A stretch of 63,902 bases of DNA, counting the filler, from Welwitschia mirabilis (Eukaryota), in NCBI GenBank assembly GCA_051453625.1. It is 4 parts of one record of this genome, joined end to end, with 100 filler letters (N's around TTAATTAATTAA, not from the genome) between each part and the next. Parts side by side here need not be neighbours in the genome. Positions count along the whole stretch, not along the records: positions 28,165 to 56,650 come from JBOZIK010000001.1; 3 more parts are not named here. The stretch is one strand, 5' to 3'. Of the stretch, positions 28,121 to 40,660 are shown one piece after another. Within the stretch, counting starts at the first letter, position 1. Each line of letters begins with the position of its first letter. The notes under the pieces were generated by a model that was given only the letters and a program-made list of their open reading frames with translations, had not been told where the DNA came from and made no database searches. Both the position numbers and the translations under genes were made by a program.

Positions 28121-29849
28121 NNNNNNNNNNNNNNNNNNNNNNNNNNNNNNNNNNNNNNNNNNNNATAAAAAAAGGCAACAGGTAGCAGCGCATCAGGGAA
28201 GAATGATAGCGCCTAGGCAGAAGACACGCACCAAGGAGGATGGCAAAGAACGCAAATCGCAGGAGAGAATACAGACACGAGAAGAGGCAATAACAGAGCA
28301 GAATACAGCGAAAAATATACAACGAAGAAGCTGAATTACATCACAAGCAAAAATACAACGCAGATAGCAACAATGGATTAAAATACACATCGGCACAGAG
28401 AATCAAAGGCANNNNNNNNNNNNNNNNNNNNNNNNNNNNNNNNNNNNNNNNNNNNNNNNNNNNNNNNNNNNNNNNNNNNNNNNNNNNNNNNNNNNNNNNN
28501 NNNNNNNNNNNGCTCACCGAAAGACGAGCAGGAGGGGAAGGCCAGAATAAGAGACACAACAAAAGGAATAACATACGAGAAGACGATGCATCAGATCAAG
28601 AGGAGGGGTACAGAGATACGCAGATAGCAACAACGGATTAAAATACACATCGGCACAGAGAATTAAAGGCAGACATTCGACGCAAGAGCAACATCAGAGG
28701 ACACTAAGAGAAAAAAACAAAAGCACAGAGAACGCAGCGATAGCATAGAGACATCACAGACAGAGCGCGGAGCCATAAGTAGAGACGAAATGCAAAGCAG
28801 ACAAAGAACAGACACGGACAGAGCGCGGGAGACCTGCAGAAGATAAAAAAACGAATGCCCAGCAGATCATCACCGAGGGCATCGAAGACGCCCGCATAAA
28901 ATAGAGCCAATGGTAAAAACAGAGGGCGAGAATCACAGAAACAAAAGGCACCAAAAGTGACGGCAACACAGAGGAGCGCAAGTAGCAAAGAAGGAGGAAC
29001 GCGCATCAAAAGAGGAGAAGCGCACACACCAGAGAAGACACGGGAGGTCAATTACAGGTTTTTTTTTTTTTTAGTGAAAACTTCACCATTTTCAGAACTC
29101 AAATACAGAAATTGTCTTTGTGTTTGTATCCATTTCAATAATAAACATTTCTTTTTGCCCCTTTTTCTTAATTTGTTAAAAGACGTCATTATTATTATTA
29201 TTAAGATTTTAGATTTGTAAGTTGTAAGGGAGTTTTAAACTCATAGAATTTCGTCGTCATTGAATGTCCTTCAAAAATGTTCTAAACTCCTTTAATTTCC
29301 ATTACAATCTTTTTATACCAAATGTGTTGAAATATTTAGATATTTAACACTAAAGTTCTTAAATTTGCAAATAGCTTATCTTATATTTGAAATTTTATAT
29401 AAAACAAAAAAAGAAATTAATTTTATATTAGGTTTTATATAGGATTTGTGTCTAAATTAGTTGCTTAAATTCTACAAAGCATATTTACTTTTTAAATATT
29501 AATATAAAATAGTTTTTATCTTATTTCACTTAAATATAGCTAGGGTTTGTTAGTGGAGTTAAGACTTTAGCTTAAATTCGATAAAACTACCAAATTTACT
29601 AGATCAGTTAGGAACTTTTGTCAAATTCTAAAAGGATTTTAAAGTTATTTGATTTAGCACTTGTTTTGTCTTGAACTTATCTCAATTCTAAAAACAAGAA
29701 AATTAAAAATTAAATTAATCATTGCAAAAAAAAAAAAAATTTAGCAACAACCAATAAATGATTAAAAGGTTTATAAAATTATGAGAAATACTTAATAACT
29801 CTTTTATAAAATCTTACATAACCTAAAAAAGTTATGACTTTTCTCAAAT

Positions 29850-32800
29850 TGGTAGGAAATAACATGTCCTTAATAACTTAAATCTTATAGGGCTCTACTT
29901 CAATTCTTTACTCAGACATAATATGCCTAAGAATAATTCCACTGTAAACTAGCAAAACACTCTTTTCCTAACCTAGTTTTAATCTAGCCTCTATGCATCT
30001 ATCTAATACTCACCTTAATCTTTCTAACATTTAACTAAAATAGTCTCCTAATAAAGAGAAATCATCCATGAAGATTTTAATGCATTCTTATAACATATTA
30101 ATAAATATCATCAACATAGCTCTATATAAGGTACCTAGGGAATTACACAATTTAAGAGGGATTTGTTTAAAATAATAAGAATTAAAATATAAGGCAAAAG
30201 TAGGTTTTGACTAATTCTTAACTACTATATAGATTTGCTTGAATCCACTATATCCATTTAGAAAATAGTAAGAATAATGACCTTTCCAGTAATCAAATAT
30301 TTGATCTAGGAAATAAAAAGAGAAATGATCCTCTTTATTATTTTCATCAACTTTTCAAAAATCAATACAAATTCTTTATTACACTACATTTTTGTGCTTT
30401 ACTATCAAAGGACTACTTTGCTTTCAGTCTGTAGTAGGATATATGATATTACATCCAATTGTTTAATAAATTATTACTTTGTAACATACCTTAAAGTTAG
30501 ATTTAATATTCTTTAGAATTATCTTATAAACTTAGTATTCTCTTTAAGTATTCTTATGTTACATGATTTATGAAAAAATTCTACATAATTTTTCATGAAT
30601 CTAGGCAAATGATTCAACTTTTTATGTTAAAATTTCAACTACTTAGGCTCTTTAATCCTTGTTAAAGTTGATGAAATATTTAAAGGCTTATTACAACCTT
30701 CATAAATAATAACATATTTCAAGGTACCTTCAAGCTATTTTACTCTAGTTCTTATGATTGAATAATAGAGATAATTTTCACTTATTCTCTAAAAATATGT
30801 TTGTAAGGTTTCCTTTAAAAACTTTTCTTTTAGATTTAGAGACATCCTCATGACCTTAATCATAGCAACTTGATTAATCACCAAACAAGTCTTCATTTGG
30901 CTGACAAGGATTAAAGAAGCTTAATGATGATTAAATGATGGTTTTTTTATTCTGGGTATAAACCAAATAATGGACTAATCAAGAATTTTTTCAAGTTAAA
31001 ATTTCCTTATAAATATTTTTGAAATCAAGTTATTACCTCTATTATCTTATTTAATACTTTCTCACTTGCATTAAAAACTCTAATGTTAAATTTTTAATTA
31101 CTAATAGCTAATATCATCATTTTAATTTTTTAGTATTACTATTATAATGAGTCGTGGTATAAAAATATCTCCCTAAAATCAAAGGATATCTACCTTCCTC
31201 ATCTACCTAAAGAATAATAAAATTAGTACAATACAATATTTATCATTTTAAAGAAGCAAGTCTCTAATAGGTACTACTAGTTTTATCATAGAGGCATCTT
31301 CTAATTTCATTACAATGTTAATGAAGTAGATTCTTTTCTCTAATTAAAATCTTTTTTACATGTTAATAGGCATAACATTAACCCTTGCTCCTAAATCAAT
31401 TAAGAATTTTCGCACTTTTTATCTTTCTTCTAGAATCACACTCATAATAGTAGCTCTTGGATCTTTATCCTTTAGGGCTTTATTACCAAGAAAAGATGTT
31501 GTGCTTTAAGTCATGAATATTGCCTTCTTTGTAACTACTCTATTCTTATTTTAGGTTACAAACTTTCTCAAACTTTTACACATGATTTACTATCTTGAAG
31601 AATCTTCCAAAAGTTTTAGATTAGTATTGAATCCATTTATGATCTCTCTTAAACAATCAAATAGAAGTTAGATTCAAGTACCTCATTTAAGAAGTTGACT
31701 TTTCATATCCTTTCTTTAGCTATGATCATAATAGTTTGAAGAAATGGGTTGATTTGAGCTAGTTTATTTTGTCATTTTAAATATATTCTTCACTCTTTTA
31801 TTTATATTCTTTGGTTGGAATCTTAATATTTATATGAGTTACCTTTTATGATGCTAGTTTATAACTCTGTTAATTATATAAGGTTATTTTCTATAATACT
31901 TTTAACATCTTTTTCATGTTTTTATTAGTTTCTAATGTTTACTTTGCTAATCCCTTCAACGTCATCTTTAATGCTTCATGCCCTTGATTATCATTATCAT
32001 TATTTCTAGGATAATATTGGCTAGGGATATTGGAGATAATCTAAGCACATTATTTCTAAAATACGTAAACCAAAAATTAAACATTATCATAAAGTTTTAT
32101 ATAAATTATAGATTATATTGTAAGTTAAAAGCATAGACTTCTTTTAAAATACATTAGTTATAAGTAGAAATAGCTAGATATTACTTAGTTTTATGGTCAT
32201 TAACCTCATAAAGTTAGCATGAAACCACATTTAATCTTGAAGTTAAATAATTTTCAATTTTCTTTAAAATTGCTAAATCTCTCAAACTAGAAGATATTTT
32301 GTTCATGCTTGAATTAAAGAGTTATATCAAAGATACAACCTCTCGAAAGGAATGGAGGCTTCATATTAATCAATGGATTCAAATTCCTACATGAATTCCA
32401 CTATAGATTTAGATTCATTCTTAGTTTTAGATGTTTTTCAAGTCTTTATTCTTTCTTAAATTTTTTTTAAGTTTTTCCAATCAAGTATAGGATTTTTATC
32501 TAAAATGTTTTCTCTAATTGAAATTCAACCATTTGCTAAGTGTAAGGGATAAAAGCTTTTAATAAATATGCTAAAATTTGATATGATTAAAATTCACTAC
32601 TTAATTTTCATGTTATATAGCCAATAAATTTTTTAGAAAATGCATAATAATCCTTTCCATATTTTTATTAAAATCACTTACTTGTTTCTGAGCTCTTTTG
32701 AATTTTCTAATAGTTGTATGGCATTTGATAAGTGCATAATACATTCTATCCTACTAATATTATTGATATCTAAAGAGTTAAACAAAATTATTTCTTCATC

Positions 32801-33085
32801 TTTAAGTTGGAAAAAACAAAAAAAAAACTTTAATAAAGTTCTATTAGTTATCTTTTCACCTACTATCTTAGTAATGTTTTTGGTCTTAATCAAATGATTA
32901 TATGGATCTTCATTATCCAAATCACAAAAAGTTGGGTACATGAATAAGTTTATAATATCTACATCCTCTTTAGGTGAAAAAATGATAGGATTGTTATCTC
33001 TATTCTTACTATCCAATAATAGATATTTTAATGAGACATTAAAACTTGTGCAAAAACTCATTTTATAATTAAAAAAAGATTTCAA
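29850..33085 (-). mobile_element. Decayed Athila-type gag-protease-RT
   Basis: Gag: PTFCDLDNEDPYNHL (ORF 32678-33085). Protease: KDPRATI and FLIDLGARVNVMP (~31390). RT: RICIDF*K, FLNGYSGF, KIFMDDFSLLG (~30060) and VLDRCIEARLKLG*EKS. Confidence 0.88.
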
Positions 33086-33759
33086 ATCACTTGTAATATC
33101 TAGTTAGAGAAAGGGATCTACTATGGATAGGCATTAAAGAATTACCTGAAGTGAAAACTTAGTCATTAAAAGATTTCTTTTTAAAATGTATACCTTTTAA
33201 TTTTATTTTAATTAAGGTACTAGATTTTACAAGGCTTGATGAAGGAAATTCAAGTAATTCACTAGTAGCAAAGGTTTACGATACAAATAGTATGTAGTAG
33301 AATTTGACCTATGAACTTTACATATAATTAAATAACCTATCTCTAATAGTATCTCTTATAATTTTTTGATCACTATTTAGCTCTTAAGGCATATGATTAT
33401 ATGTAATAGTGGCTATTATAGTTTATTAAAATAAAATCCACCAAATATCATTTTACCAAATTCAAGATCTAAGGATGCATTAAGTCTTCATTAATAAGAT
33501 CATAGTAGGTGATTTTTATTACACAAAATCACAAAAAAAGAATAAAGACTATGGAAGGCTAGAGCAATCAAATGCAAATAGTATGCTTAGATCAATCTCT
33601 TTCTTATTTGCTTAAACTTAATCTTACTTGTATCCTTGGTTGAGAATCTTTTTCTCTTTGGAAGATCCATTTGGCTTATTTATAAATGATACCAAAATAG
33701 GATGAAAATGATGTCTCGGTAATCTAATATTTTCTTTGAAGGGGGTTGGACTCATGTTT

Positions 33760-33825
33760 GGCATTGAAGAATCGGTTCATGATATTATCATGAATCTAAG
33801 AGAAATTATTTTTAGATGTGAGTTG
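33760..33825 (+). pseudogene. rpoA: Short plastid-derived rpoA fragment
   Basis: GIEESVHDIIMNLREIIFRCEL resembles plastid RpoA [22 protein letters not shown]. The flanks do not continue the match. Confidence 0.55.
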
Positions 33826-35478
33826 CCTTATACCCCTATTGCCCCCCGAATATAGGATTTTAACTTTCAAAAAAGATATCAATAATGATAAATAAATTCC
33901 TTGTAAAAAAGAAAATTAAGATTTGATAATTCAAAAAAATTACTAATCAAAATTATAACTTTGACTGCAAATAGCTAAAAAGGGCATTTTAAAAGCCAAA
34001 TTTGGATTCTAACACATTGATGAAAGTTTTTAATCATTAAAATAAAGATATAAATAAAATATTTAATTCATTGGAGTTACCAAAGAAGAGTTATGATAAA
34101 AATAAGAATTGAAATTTACTAGCCTTCTATAATTTTAAGAACAAGAGAAAGAAGGGAAAATAATTAATATAAAAATGGATAATTCTAATCTTAGAAAAAT
34201 ATAAATAATTATTGAAAAGGAAAAATAAAAAATCATTATCATTTGCTTATAACTTAAGATGAAATGATCAAAAAATATATTATAAGAAATTATAAGAATG
34301 AAGGAAAGAAGAAATAAGAATAATAAAATATATAATTTCTTCGACATATAGTGACCAACTATACAAAATTATAGTATGCTATGATATGTACTAAATATAC
34401 AATAATTCAATTATCACTAATTATGCAACATGCTATAAGAAGTCTAATCAAATTTAAAAAAATGATGAAAATGAATAAATCAAGTGAAAAAGTCAAAATA
34501 ACATAAGGAAAAATAATATTTATTAGTTTAAAATAAAATCTCAACTCTTTTCATTAGTCTTTAATCCAAATTCTTATAAGATGTAATGCCTTCTTCTCCT
34601 CCTATACTATTCATTAACATGCACTCCACCACCCTTTAAATGCCCTTTAGATTAATGAAAATAGTGAAAAATAATAAAAAATAATCTAGAAGAGTGTAAG
34701 AGGCTAAAACTAGATGTTTATATTAGTAAAATATAAGAATTAACAATGTAAAATTATTTCAAATTTGATGTAGAGATAANNNNNNNNNNCTTAGAAGTGA
34801 AGAAATATGAGAGAAATGAAATGGAGAATCTTTTTCCCATGCTTAAGGATCATTTTAATTCAACTTGAGATAAGTACAATGGTGTAAATTTGCCATAGTA
34901 ACATTATTATTATATGCATTTGGGCATGGAGGAGAGTCTTTATAGATGAACTTAGGTTAATGTTAGGCTAATAAGTTATCATAACCATTACATTTTCACA
35001 TTTGATTCATGCTTAACTAAGCCAAGCTATTACATGACTTCACAACACCATTTTACTCATCAAAGTGGAGTTGTATCATCATAGGTAGATTGAAAAACAA
35101 TCAACCAAACTNNNNNNNNNNNNNNNNNNNNNNNNNNNNNNNNNNNNNNNNNNNNNNNNNNNNNNNNNNNNNNNNNNNNNNNNNNNNNNNNNNNNNNNNN
35201 NNNNNNNNNNNCAATAACTTACCTTTTTTATTTAGTTTTTTACCTCGGGCATATAGAGAGGGACTTACTGTTAGAGAAAGAACCATATAAATGAAGAAAT
35301 CCTTGATTTTTGTCTTGGTTCTAGTCCACCCCTGCCTCCTTAGAAATACTCTAAGTAAAAGGAGTTTTGATTATGAAGATTACAGTAGCAAAAGCTGTTG
35401 GAATATTTTTTATTCTAAAAAAGAAAAGTTTATTTTTTTAAATTAAAAAGTTAATCCAAAAATAGACATAACACACAC

Positions 35479-35689
35479 ATGACCAGAGTAAAACAAGGGT
35501 ATATAGCTCGAAGGCATCAGAACAAAATTCATCTTTTTGCTTTAGGTTTTCAAGGATCCCATTCCAAACAGTATTGAGCTACTAAACAATAGAAACAGAG
35601 GGCTTTGATCTCTACTAAATGAGATAAAATAAAAAGGAAAAGAGATTTTTATCGCTTGTGGAATGCTTGAATTAATGCAGTAGTCCATT
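35479..35689 (+). pseudogene. rpl20: Plastid-derived rpl20 pseudogene, copy A (runs into a gap)
   Basis: [65 protein letters not shown]; the stops fall at Arg and Gln positions. Confidence 0.93.
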
Positions 35690-36030
35690 NNNNNNNNNNN
35701 NNNNNNNNNNNNNNNNNNNNNNNNNNNNNNNNNNNNNNNNNNNNNNNNNNNNNNNNNNNNNNNNNNNNNNNNNNNNNNNNNNNNNNNNNNNNNNNNNNNN
35801 NNNNNNNNNNNNNNNNNNNNNNNNNNNNNNNNNNNNNNNNNNNNNNNNNNNNNNNNNNNNNNNNNNNNNNNNGAAAGTAAAAGGATTTATTTTTGCAAAT
35901 TTTTTCAAGAATTGCAATTGCAATTTTTATGACTTAAAAAAATATAGGAAAACTCAACTTTTATTATAGTTTTTTAATCTTTGTTTTGACTGTAAAGGGT
36001 AAATCTTTTTTTCCTTTGTCTTTTTGAACC

Positions 36031-36340
36031 TTATTATGTGAAGGATAAAGATTTTCTTTCTTTGTCTTTTTGAACTTTAATTTTTTAACTGTAAAGGGTA
36101 AAAATGATAGAATATGAGCTCATTTAATAGTAAGAACCATAAGGTATTGCTATTTTCAAGTTAATTTATTAATTTTTCTAGATAAGTTTTTTTCTTGCTA
36201 ACTAATATAACAATTAATCATGTTCATGTTTTTATAATTGATCTAATCTTCTAACTTTATTTGAATACGTTTTTTTGAAATTTTTTATGGACTACATTTA
36301 CAACTACTAGTCGGTCTCGGAGGCTTTAACTACTTAAAAT
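36031..36340 (-). pseudogene. rps18: Plastid-derived rps18 pseudogene, copy A (partial)
   Basis: D*INYKNMNMINCYIS*QEKNLSRKINKLT*K*Q...IK*AHILSFLPF matches Rps18 [34 protein letters not shown]...IKQARILSLLPF. Confidence 0.88.
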
Positions 36341-36796
36341 NNNNNNNNNNNNNNNNNNNNNNNNNNNNNNNNNNNNNNNNNNNNNNNNNNNNNNNNNNNN
36401 NNNNNNNNNNNNNNNNNNNNNNNNNNNNNNNNNNNNNNNNNNNNNNNNNNNNNNNNNNNNNNNNNNNNNNNNNNNNNNNNNNNNNNNNNNNNNNNNNNNN
36501 NNNNNNNNNNNNNNNNNNNNNNNNNNNNNNNNNNNNNNNNNNNNNNNNNNNNNNNNNNNNNNNNNNNNNNNNNNNNNNNNNNNNNNNNNNNNNNNNNNNN
36601 NNNNNNNNNNNNNNNNNNNNNNNNNNNNNNNNNNNNNNNNNNNNNNNNNNNNNNNNNNNNNNNNNNNNNNNNNNNNNNNNNNNNNNNNNNNNNNNNNNNN
36701 NNNNNNNNNNNNNNNNNNNNNNNNNNNNATTATAGTTTTTAAATCTTTGTTTTGACTGTAAAGGGTAAATCTTTTTTTCCTTTCTCTTTTTGAACC

Positions 36797-37123
36797 TTAT
36801 TATGTAAAGGGTAAATATTTTCTTTCTTTGTCTTTTTGAACTTTAATTTTTTAACTATAAAGGGTAAAAATGATAGAATATGAGCTTGCTAACAGTAACA
36901 ACCATAAGGCGTTGCTATTTCCAAGTTAATTTATTAATTTTTCTAGATAAGGTTTTTCCTTGCTAACTAATATAACGATTAATCATATTCATGTTTTTAT
37001 AATTGATCTAATCTTTTAACTTTATTTGAATAGGTTTTTTTGAAATTTTTTCTGGACTACATTTGCGACTACTAGTCAGTCTCGGAGGCTTTAACTGCTT
37101 AAAATGAAAAGGTTTTCATTTAC
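36797..37123 (-). pseudogene. rps18: Plastid-derived rps18 pseudogene, copy B (5'-truncated at the junction with the clpP region)
   Basis: Parallels 36031-36340 with independent substitutions. Similarity to copy C stops at CATTTAC (37123). Confidence 0.88.
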
Positions 37124-38168
37124 TTGTCAAAGATACTTTATTTGTTTGTAGTTTTAAAAACTCTAAACCTATATTTTCTTTTAATAAACTTGATATTGCT
37201 ATACCTAAACTTGAAGAATTTGAACCTCAAGTTAAAGAATGTAAATCTGGAACTTCAGAAAGTAAACCTGAACCTGAAACTAACCCTAAAGATGAAGGAT
37301 CTAAACCTCCTAGGAAAATTAATACTGAAGGTAAAGCTCCTAGGAAGATTAATGATACTAAACCTAAGAAGATTAATTATACTAAACCTAAGAAGATTAA
37401 TGATACTGAAGGTGAAGGACCTAGGAAGATTAATGATCCTAAAGATGAAGGTTTTCATCTAGTTTTTGCAATTTTATAAAAAATTAAACAAGAACATCAA
37501 CTTCAAGTTAAGGAACCTAAACCTGAGCCTAATAAAAATGATGATGTTTATGATGATGATGATGATTATGATTATGATGATGATGATCATTATGATTATT
37601 ATGATGATGATGATGATGATGATTATGATGATTATTATTATGATAGTTTTGATAAGATAAATGGTTTTATTGATTATCTAATGAAAATAAAAATTTATAC
37701 TTTTACTGATGATTAAAAAAAAGCAATAATAATAATCCATTAGAATGGAACAAAATCAAAAATAATAATACGTTATAGTGAAAAAGATTCGTATAATACA
37801 ATATTATGTTATAAATCCAGATTCGACTGGTGAAGAAGATTTTCGGCTTACAACTCTATTTCATCAAACTGATATAAAACCTAAATGTGATCTAAATGTG
37901 ATCTAATGTAATCTAATGCATGATATAAAATCTACATTTGTTTTTATGTTTGGCCCCTTGACTAAGAAGGCTGGGGGGATTATTTTGGCCACCTTGTTTT
38001 ACTAATTTTTTAACGATGTAACCAAATATAGAAATAGATCAGTTTTTATTTATATTAACTCTCTTAGTGAAGCATTTATGATGGGCTTAACTATACATGA
38101 TACAATGATTTTAATTAAAAAAAGAGTATTAACAATTGCTCTTGGGATTTTCATTTCAATAAGAGCCT
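37124..38168 (+). pseudogene. clpP: clpP pseudogene copy 1: repetitive putative N-terminal extension plus the first part of the protease domain
   Basis: EPETNPKDEGSKPPRKIN(D)T repeats and an Asp/Tyr tract, then INPDSTGEEDF, VFIYINSL and MGLTIHDTM. Ends at a gap. Confidence 0.75.
37537..37645 (+). repeat. (GAT/TAT)n trinucleotide tract encoding poly-Asp/Tyr
   Basis: GATGATGAT...TATGATTAT, in frame with the upstream KEPKPEPNKN sequence. Confidence 0.9.
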
Positions 38169-38268
38169 NNNNNNNNNNNNNNNNNNNNNNNNNNNNNNNN
38201 NNNNNNNNNNNNNNNNNNNNNNNNNNNNNNNNNNNNNNNNNNNNNNNNNNNNNNNNNNNNNNNNNNNN

Positions 38269-39246
38269 TAATGAAAACAAAAATTTATACTTTTACTGAT
38301 GATTAAAAAAAAGCAATAATAATAATCCATTGGAATGGAACAGAATCAAAAATAATAATACGTTATAGTGAAAAAGATTCATACAATACAATATTATGTT
38401 ATAAATCCAGATTCGACTAGTGAAGAAGATTTCCAGCTTACAAGTCTATTTCATCAAACTGATATAAAACCTAAATGTGATCTAAATGTGATCTAATGTG
38501 ATCTAATGCATGATATAAAACCTAGATGTGTTTTTATGTTTGGCCCCTTGATTAAGAAAGGTGGGGGGATTATTTTGGCCACCTTGTTTTACTAATTTTT
38601 TAACGATGTAACCAAATATAGAAATAGATTAGTTTTTATTTATATTAACTCTCTTAGTGGAGCATTTATGATGGGCTTAACTATACATGATACAATGATT
38701 TTAATTAAAAAAAGAGTATTCACAATTGCTCTTGGGATGGTCACTTCAATAAGAGCCTTGACTTTAACTGAAGGTACTAGAGGAATTCATCATGTAGCAT
38801 CTAATAGTCTAATCATGCTCCACCAACGCAATGGTGATTTTGATAATACATCAACTTTGAAGTTTGTTAAAGAAAGTGAAGAAGTTAACCAATTATAGAG
38901 AAAACTGGTACAAAGCTATGCTATTAGAATAGATCAAAGTGAATAATCTATTGATATTTGCCTTAATAAACCACTTTTTATGTCACCAAGAATAGCATTA
39001 AATTTAAACCTTATTGATAACATATTTGTTCCAGATTGGGAATTGAACATCGAAGACCCTCCATTTGAAATTCCTCTAGATGGAAGGGGAGTTTTTGGAA
39101 TAGTTCCCTACACCTATCTAAGAAAAGGTTTAAAAAAGGCTGCAGAGGTTAAAAGCAACAAAAATTCTAAAATAATAAAAATAGTTATTCCAACAGAAGA
39201 GGAAAAAGAAGAACTGAGGAAAAATAAGATGAAAGAAAATAAGTAG
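38269..39246 (+). pseudogene. clpP: clpP pseudogene copy 2: intronless, highly divergent, with a C-terminal extension
   Basis: VFIYINSLSGAFMMGLTIHDTM...TIALGMVTSIRA...IMLHQ...ESEEVNQL*RKLVQSYA...LFMSPRIALNLNLID aligns continuously with plastid ClpP1. It lies directly upstream of rps12 exon 1, as in plastomes. Confidence 0.9.
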
Positions 39247-39330
39247 AAGAATAAAAACTTTCTTCAATGCTTTTATTTGAATTAACTAGTTAGGATTTAT
39301 CCTAACCAGTTAATTCAAATAAAAAACAAA

Positions 39331-39440
39331 ATGCCCACAAATCCATTGCTTATTATAGATGTGAGACAACGCAAAAAAAAAGGGGATCCCATGGTCTTCA
39401 AAGATAACCTTAGAATGGAGGAGTATGTGCTAGGATGTAT
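39331..39440 (+). pseudogene. rps12: Plastid rps12 exon 1 (5' trans-spliced exon), decayed
   Basis: MPTNPLLIIDVRQRKKK, then a frameshift to GSHGLQR*P*NGGVCARMY, followed by GTGTGACTCG (group II intron start GTGCGA). Confidence 0.88.
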
Positions 39441-40560
39441 GTGTGACTCGTTTAGACCTGAAACAGAAAAACAAAGCAAAGAGGGTTCTTCCAAGAAGAA
39501 CCTTTTTGTTATCAAAAATTAAAGTCTTTCACCTACCTATAATGAGATGAATTTTATGGTTTCTATTGGTGCAAATTCAATCACTTTGATGTAGGATGAA
39601 AAGTAATTCCTCTTTGGTAGTGAATGGCCATCAATCCATGAAGTGAGGAACCATGTAAAAAGACANNNNNNNNNNNNNNNNNNNNNNNNNNNNNNNNNNN
39701 NNNNNNNNNNNNNNNNNNNNNNNNNNNNNNNNNNNNNNNNNNNNNNNNNNNNNNNNNNNNNNNNNNNNNNNNNNNNNNNNNNNNNNNNNNNNNNNNNNNN
39801 NNNNNNNNNNNNNNNNNNNNNNNNNNNNNNNNNNNNNNNNNNNNNNNNNNNNNNNNNNNNNNNNNNNNNNNNNNNNNNNNNNNNNNNNNNNNNNNNNNNN
39901 NNNNNNNNNNNNNNNNNNNNNNNNNNNNNNNNNNNNNNNNNNNNNNNNNNNNNNNNNNNNNNNNNNNNNNNNNNNNNNNNNNNNNNNNNNNNNNNNNNNN
40001 NNNNNNNNNNNNNNNNNNNNNNNNNNNNNNNNNNNNNNNNNNNNNNNNNNNNNNNNNNNNNNNNNNNNNNNNNNNNNNNNNNNNNNNNNNNNNNNNNNNN
40101 NNNNNNNNNNNNNNNNNNNNNNNNNNNNNNNNNNNNNNNNNNNNNNNNNNNNNNNNNNNNNNNNNNNNNNNNNNNNNNNNNNNNNNNNNNNNNNNNNNNN
40201 NNNNNNNNNNNNNNNNNNNNNNNNNNNNNNNNNNNNNNNNNNNNNNNNNNNNNNNNNNNNNNNNNNNNNNNNNNNNNNNNNNNNNNNNNNNNNNNNNNNN
40301 NNNNNNNNNNNNNNNNNNNNNNNNNNNNNNNNNNNNNNNNNNNNNNNNNNNNNNNNNNNNNNNNNNNNNNNNNNNNNNNNNNNNNNNNNNNNNNNNNNNN
40401 NNNNNNNNNNNNNNNNNNNNNNNNNNNNNNNNNNNNNNNNNNNNNNNNNNNNNNAGAAAGAACCATGTAAACAAAGAAATCCTTGATTTTTATCTTGGTC
40501 CTAGTCCACCCCTACCTCCTTAGAAACAGTCTAAGTAAAGGGAGTTTTGGTTAGAAAGGT
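39441..40560 (+). other. 5' half of the trans-spliced rps12 group II intron and spacer (largely gap); a second copy of its 3' part lies at 35212-35478
   Basis: Intron 5' consensus and its position between rps12 exon 1 and rpl20. 40455-40660 parallels 35275-35478. Confidence 0.65.
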
Positions 40561-40660
40561 TACAATAGCAAAAGCCGTTGGAATATTTTTTTAATTCTAA
40601 AAAAGAAAAGTTTATTTTTCTAAATAAAAAAGTTAATCCAAAAATAGACATAAAACACAA

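Noticed and set aside
28704-29051. Cys/Leu/Phe-rich minus-strand ORFs
   Set aside because: A by-product of strand skew (few A on the minus strand, so few stops); no recognisable domain.
37124-37660. Leu/Lys-rich ORF (37124-37462) and poly-Met ORF (37466-37660)
   Set aside because: Off-frame readings of the repeat and Asp-tract region upstream of clpP.
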